From: a bacterium
Lineage (GTDB): Bacteria; Omnitrophota; Gorgyraeia; Gygaellales; Profunditerraquicolaceae
Reading direction: 5' to 3'
Length of the DNA: 47,489 nucleotides
Assembly (NCBI GenBank): GCA_004298075.1
Contig: SCRK01000215.1
Span: 1-47,489, forward strand
Shown here: positions 44,059-47,489 of the stretch, in pieces
How positions within the stretch are numbered: position 1 is the stretch's first letter
Layout: every line of letters begins with the position of its first letter
Program-made: the position numbers and the translations under genes
Notes under the pieces: model-generated
Told to the model about the DNA's origin: nothing
The model's database searches: none
Seen by the model: the letters and a program-made list of their open reading frames with translations, nothing else

Positions 44059-44802
44059 CTAAAAAGGGATGGTAATGCCTGCCTCCGCACCACACTGGCT
44101 TTGAAGGTATTTCAGCCTTATAAAGGCCTCAGCATCAATGGTTTTGAATAATTTATGGGTGATGGTAAGAGTAATACCAAGAGGCTCGCCAAATTCGTTA
44201 TTAAGCGCGAAAATAACCTTATCCCTGCCAAAGCTTACCTCCGCGCCAAATTCTATTTCCCTAACCTTGCCTTGGCCATAATCCATCCGGAAAGTTAACC
44301 CTAAATTACGGCCAAACTTCCATTCGCCGTATAAAATAAGTACCTGGCCGGGAGCGGTCAGGCGGCTTTGACGGATACCTATGCCGATACGGTAGCGGAT
44401 CTGGCCTTGTTTGGGGTAAACTGCCGGTGATTCAAGCTGGACTTTAAATTCAAAGCGTGAGGTTGAACTGCCTTCCAAAACATAAACAAGCCGGGCAGCA
44501 GAAGATATATCCCAGTGGCCTTTAAAGGTTAATACATCCGGGCCTTGCCCGCAGGTATATTCAATCTCCTGGTTATTGTTTATTTTCCAGGCTCCTTTAA
44601 AGGTATAGGTTTGCGGCGGGCCTTTGCGCAAAGCAACTTCAAAACAAAGTTCATTGTAATCATTGGCGCGCCAGGTGCCTTTAAGTTTAAGTATGCGCAA
44701 ACGCTGGCGGAGGGTTTTGGATCCGGTTTGGATGGTTTCAATGACGAGGGAATCGGATTCGGCGGCGATAAAACGCCTGCGGATATTATCGCTGGGCTTC
44801 AT
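44059..44802 (-). CDS. Uncharacterised all-beta repeat protein
   Basis: 247 aa with alternating hydrophobic/polar strand-like segments throughout. Four copies of a hairpin motif with [KY]-G-x-W: [33 protein letters not shown] and [11 protein letters not shown]. Ends in ...AGITIPF. No signal peptide. 17-nt overlap with the upstream gene. Confidence 0.6.
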   Translation of the reverse strand: MKPSDNIRRRFIAAESDSLVIETIQTGSKTLRQRLRILKLKGTWRANDYNELCFEVALRKGPPQTYTFKGAWKINNNQEIEYTCGQGPDVLTFKGHWDISSAARLVYVLEGSSTSRFEFKVQLESPAVYPKQGQIRYRIGIGIRQSRLTAPGQVLILYGEWKFGRNLGLTFRMDYGQGKVREIEFGAEVSFGRDKVIFALNNEFGEPLGITLTITHKLFKTIDAEAFIRLKYLQSQCGAEAGITIPF

Positions 44803-45835
44803 ATATTTGCTTCATTGTCTCTTCTATTCCATATTTATACTGCCAATCCGGGTAATCCGCTTTGAATTTGGAGACATCGCTGATCCACCAGATGTGGTCG
44901 CCGACGCGGTTGGTATCGATGTATTCGTAGTTAAATTTATTGCCGGTCAACTTTTCACACATTTCAATAGCTTCCAGCACCGAAACATTGGCAAACCTTC
45001 CACCACCCATATTATAAGCCTCACCACAGTGGGGATCCTGGAAAAAATGGTAAAAAGCATTTACCAGATCAAAGGAATGGATGTTGTCCCTGACCTGCTT
45101 GCCCTTGTAGCCGAATATTTTGTATTTTCTCCCGCTAACCGCGCATTTAACCAGATAGGATAAAAATCCGTGCAGCTCTGCCCCGGAATGCGCCGGGCCG
45201 GTAAGGCAGCCGCCCCTGAATACCCCGGTCTTTAGATGGAAATATTTGCCATATTCCTGGGCCATGATATCCGCCGCAACTTTGGATGCCCCGAAAACCG
45301 AATGCAGGCAATTATCGATACTCATGCTTTCGTCGATGCCTTTGTAATATTTATGGTCGCCGGGCAGCTCAAAACGCTTTTCTTTTTCAATTAAGGGAAG
45401 GCGGTTAGGGGTATCACCATAAACTTTATTCGTAGAGGTGAAAATAAAAACAGCTTGCGGAGAAAAATTACGCAATGCCTCAAGCATCACCAGAGTGCCT
45501 TGGGCATTGACCCCGAAATCAACCTTCGGGTCTTTTGCCGCCCAATCATGGGATGGCTGGGCCGCGGCGTGGACAATTAAAACAATATCCTTACCGTATT
45601 TCTTGAATAGGGAACCGATTTTTCTTTCGTCACGGATGTCAATGGCGTAATGGCGATAATTTTTGTACAGTTTCTGGAGGCGCTTCTTGTTCCAAAGTAT
45701 CGAGCCGTCGGCTCCAAAAAAACTTTGGCGCATGTTATTGTCAATACCGACGACATCAAAGCCTTTTTCGGCAAAGAAGCTGACGGTTTCAGAGCCGATC
45801 AATCCGCAGGATCCGGTTACGATAACAACTGACAT
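44786..45835 (-). CDS. CDP-paratose 2-epimerase-like extended SDR (paralog 2)
   Basis: 349 aa. Contains [67 protein letters not shown] and [15 protein letters not shown]. Confidence 0.75.
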   Translation of the reverse strand: MSVVIVTGSCGLIGSETVSFFAEKGFDVVGIDNNMRQSFFGADGSILWNKKRLQKLYKNYRHYAIDIRDERKIGSLFKKYGKDIVLIVHAAAQPSHDWAAKDPKVDFGVNAQGTLVMLEALRNFSPQAVFIFTSTNKVYGDTPNRLPLIEKEKRFELPGDHKYYKGIDESMSIDNCLHSVFGASKVAADIMAQEYGKYFHLKTGVFRGGCLTGPAHSGAELHGFLSYLVKCAVSGRKYKIFGYKGKQVRDNIHSFDLVNAFYHFFQDPHCGEAYNMGGGRFANVSVLEAIEMCEKLTGNKFNYEYIDTNRVGDHIWWISDVSKFKADYPDWQYKYGIEETMKQIYEAQR

Positions 45836-45838
45836 AAA

Positions 45839-46888
45839 TTAACCCTTTCGCTTAAGGGACAGTCCCCTTGGGGATGAGTCCCTATTATAGAACTTATTAA
45901 TATCTTTCAACTTGCTCTTCAGCCAGGATATATGCTTCAACGACCACTCCGCAGTAAGCTTAAGGCCCTCATCAAAGTCAACGTGCGGTTTCCAGCCAAG
46001 CTCTCTGGTAATTTTTCTTGAATCAAGGCTGTATCTTATATCATGGCCCGGCCGGTCTTTAACAAATTCAAACCTCTCCCCGCCCGCTCCTAATGTTTTA
46101 AGCAGCAGTTTTACCGTATCTATATTTTTACTTTCTTGAGAACTTCCTAAATTATAGATCCGGCCGATCTTACCCTTGTTCATAATTTCCAGGATGCCCA
46201 TCGCGCAATCATCAACATAGAGCCATTCGCGGATGTTTTGTCCTTTGCCGTAAACCGGTATCCTATCCCCCTCTAATATCCTTAGAATGGCAAGCGGCAT
46301 CAACTTTTCAGGATACTGCCAGGGACCGTAATTATTTGAGGGCCGGATAATTATCGCCGGAAATTTATAAGTCCTGATATATGACTGCACCAGCAGGTCT
46401 GCCGCTGCCTTGGAAACCGCGTAAGGGCTGTTGGGCCTGACCGGAGAGCTTTCATTGAACTTGTCTTCGGGGATCTCCCCGTAAATCTCGTCGCTGCTGA
46501 TAAAAATGAATTTTCTTACTTTCTGCCTGCGGCTGGCATCAAGAAGTATTTGCGTCCCTTTTACATTAGTCTCAATGAACGGGGTGGCATCATTGATGCT
46601 ACGGTCGACGTGCGATTCAGCGGCAAAATGGACTATGATCTCCGGTTTCTCTTTGGCGAAGACCGCTTCAGTTTGCTTTTTATCGCAGATATCGGCCTTA
46701 TAGAATTTAAAATGAGGCACAGTCCCCTTCGGGGACAACCCCTCGTTAAGCCGCTTCAGGTCTCCGGCATAGGTGAGCTTATCGATAATCACAACTTTAG
46801 GGACAGTCCCCCTAAGCAATCTTACGAAAGCGCTGCCGATAAATCCCGCCCCGCCGGTGACTAAGATTTTAGGTATTCTCGCACGCAT
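45839..46888 (-). CDS. rfbB: dTDP-glucose 4,6-dehydratase
   Basis: 349 aa. Contains ILVTGGAGFIGSAFV, IDKLTYAGD, HFAAESHVDRSI, FIETNVKGT, ISSDEIYG, SPYAVSKAAAD, IIRPSNNYGPWQYPEKLMP, GKGQNIREWLYVDD and DRPGHDIRYSLD, which are canonical RmlB blocks. 28-nt overlap with the upstream gene. Confidence 0.9.
   Translation of the reverse strand: MRARIPKILVTGGAGFIGSAFVRLLRGTVPKVVIIDKLTYAGDLKRLNEGLSPKGTVPHFKFYKADICDKKQTEAVFAKEKPEIIVHFAAESHVDRSINDATPFIETNVKGTQILLDASRRQKVRKFIFISSDEIYGEIPEDKFNESSPVRPNSPYAVSKAAADLLVQSYIRTYKFPAIIIRPSNNYGPWQYPEKLMPLAILRILEGDRIPVYGKGQNIREWLYVDDCAMGILEIMNKGKIGRIYNLGSSQESKNIDTVKLLLKTLGAGGERFEFVKDRPGHDIRYSLDSRKITRELGWKPHVDFDEGLKLTAEWSLKHISWLKSKLKDINKFYNRDSSPRGLSLKRKG
45855..45883. 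repeat. GC-rich palindromic element, copy 1 (core GGGGACTGTCCCT on the minus strand), in the last codons of rfbB
   Basis: The plus strand reads agggacagtccccttggggatgagtccct. It contains the palindrome GGGAC-a-GTCCC. On the minus strand it is read as ...SSPRGLSLK..., so the core is read as G-L-S. Confidence 0.8.
46716..46742. repeat. GC-rich palindromic element, copy 2 (GGGGACTGTGCCT, one mismatch), with the hairpin GTCCCC-ttc-GGGGAC
   Basis: The plus strand reads ggcacagtccccttcggggacaacccc. On the minus strand it encodes EGLSPKGTVPH inside a variable loop of RmlB. Confidence 0.8.
46797..46815. repeat. GC-rich palindromic element, copy 3 (exact core GGGGACTGTCCCT)
   Basis: The plus strand reads ttagggacagtccccctaa. 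On the minus strand it encodes LRGTVPK near the RmlB N-terminus. Confidence 0.8.
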
Positions 46889-47489
46889 TCCTCAAGCACT
46901 GAATTTATGTTCCTTACTTTAAATCCGGATTTCTCAAGCTTAGCCGTGGACATAAGCAAATTGGTCCTGATCCATCCGAGTTTATGAAAATCGATCACCG
47001 TGTACTTAAATGAGGGCACATATTTCTGATATACCCGCATAAGTTTAGGGTAACGCAAAGCGCCCTTGTTCACCACATTATATATGCCCCTGGCATCAAT
47101 ATTGATAAGGTGACTGATCGCCCGGATAAAATCAGGGATATAGGTTACGGAATTGGGGATATCGATGACCTTCTTGTATTTTATAAGCTTATTCAATAAG
47201 TTTTTGGGGTGGGGAGCATTAAGCAGGGGGATCCTGATCCTGGCGATCAAGATATTGTAATCTCTGGCCAGCGCCTCAAGCGCCCTATCCGCGTAGATTT
47301 TTGAACGACTGTAGAACAATTCAAAAAAATAATCCCGGCTCTCCTCTTTTACCGGACTATCTTTTTTATGATCATAATTAAAGATGCATCCGCTGCTTAT
47401 CTGCACCAGCTTTATATTATTACGCAGCGCGGCTTCCGCCAGGATAACCGGGATAAAACTGTTTGCCAGTAAAACACCGTCGATATCAA
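46861..47489 (-). CDS. RmlD-fold NAD(P)-dependent 4-ketoreductase, NRS/ER-like (possible bifunctional 3,5-epimerase/4-reductase). Partial: the 5' part lies beyond the window end.
   Basis: The ORF track starts this gene at an internal GTG (47406). Hand translation shows the frame is open to position 47489: ..IDGVLLANSFIPVILAEAALRNNIKLVQISSGCIFNYDHKK.... It contains SSGCIFNYD, FYSRSK (YxxxK), ARIRIPL and KNLLNKLIKYKKVIDIPNSVTYIPD. From memory these resemble the plant RHM C-terminal / NRS-ER domain (ATGCIFEYD, FYSKTK, LRVRMPI, RNFITKI.RY.KVV.IPNSMT) more than E. coli RfbD. Confidence 0.65.
   Translation of the reverse strand, partial: DIDGVLLANSFIPVILAEAALRNNIKLVQISSGCIFNYDHKKDSPVKEESRDYFFELFYSRSKIYADRALEALARDYNILIARIRIPLLNAPHPKNLLNKLIKYKKVIDIPNSVTYIPDFIRAISHLINIDARGIYNVVNKGALRYPKLMRVYQKYVPSFKYTVIDFHKLGWIRTNLLMSTAKLEKSGFKVRNINSVLEECVREYLKS

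Noticed and set aside
44059-44802. Beta-repeat protein as an outer-membrane beta-barrel (C-terminal Phe, about 16 amphipathic strands)
   Set aside because: No signal peptide or hydrophobic N-terminus can be seen at the annotated start. No upstream in-frame extension is possible without running into the preceding gene. I therefore left it as an unknown soluble beta protein, although SignalP and structure prediction should re-test this.
44059-44802. MORN-repeat or lipocalin assignment based on the GxW motifs
   Set aside because: The MORN consensus (YxGxWxxGxxxGxG) is not met because the trailing glycines are absent. Lipocalins carry a single GxW motif, not four spaced repeats.
6834-45774. Short minus-strand ORFs nested out of frame in larger genes (6834..7031, 21071..21253, 22439..22660, 26720..26923, 43899..44093, 45577..45774)
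   Set aside because: They are alternative frames of well-supported CDSs (43899..44093 also spans the 62-nt gap). None has a motif or independent start context, and there is no evidence for overlapping genes.
1213-46864. All other plus-strand ORFs in the track (about 45 in total; the longest are 17707..18171 at 154 aa, 44663..45163 at 166 aa, 14413..14799 at 128 aa and 32422..32805 at 127 aa)
   Set aside because: Almost every one is fully contained antisense within a long minus-strand gene that carries recognisable family motifs; a few only run across a short gap between two such genes. Their translations are low-complexity (Ser/Leu/Phe/Lys-rich) with no motif. They are typical antisense shadows of the real coding strand.
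1-47489. Alternative genetic code (UGA recoding), mobile elements, tRNA/rRNA or defence systems
   Set aside because: The standard code yields full-length, motif-complete proteins throughout. I saw no transposase, integrase or recombinase motifs, no terminal inverted repeats flanking a module, no cloverleaf-like or rRNA-like segments, and no nuclease, ATPase or toxin-type defence genes.

Overview
The whole 47.5 kb window is one unidirectional (minus-strand) surface-glycan biosynthesis supercluster, cut off at both ends. I count 45 protein-coding genes plus one 53-codon ORF. Most are joined by stop/start overlaps or gaps under 20 nt. I found no rRNA, tRNA, CRISPR array, transposase or integrase. 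All plus-strand ORFs in the track look like antisense shadows of the minus-strand genes. Two edge genes are missing from, or truncated in, the ORF track and were recovered by hand translation: a polyprenyl glycosylphosphotransferase at 1..989 and an RmlD-fold reductase at 46861..47489. Gene content: (a) nucleotide-sugar modules: RmlB, an NRS/ER-like reductase, two CDP-paratose-2-epimerase-like SDRs, a GDP-mannose-3,5-epimerase-like SDR, and a nucleotidyltransferase / LegB-like 4,6-dehydratase / reductase trio; (b) a nonulosonic-acid core: NeuB-family synthase, PseG-like protein and two cytidylyltransferases; (c) tailoring genes: four class-I methyltransferases, a carbamoyltransferase, a PIG-L deacetylase, WbqC, HAD, cyclase-family and 2-hydroxyacid-dehydrogenase proteins, and two non-DegT aminotransferases; (d) assembly genes: an initiating transferase, GT2, GT4 and GT26 enzymes, Wzx, a Wzy/ligase-like protein, and a polyprenol-phosphate sugar synthase with two GT-C-like membrane proteins. 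The cluster is unusually rich in oxygen-sensitive radical enzymes. The main candidate for something new is a complete glycyl radical enzyme with its activase, translationally coupled into the middle of the sugar-tailoring genes. There are also three paralogous radical SAM proteins with an abbreviated SPASM/Twitch-like domain, and one B12-binding radical SAM protein. Other oddities: a signal-less papain-type C1 peptidase next to an unknown beta-repeat protein; a GC-rich palindromic 13-mer present three times in and after rmlB, in two different reading frames; an exact 38-nt in-frame duplication in the Wzy-like gene; and a 53-codon ORF that may be a B12/radical-SAM gene remnant. All functional calls rest on motifs recognised by eye, with no database search.
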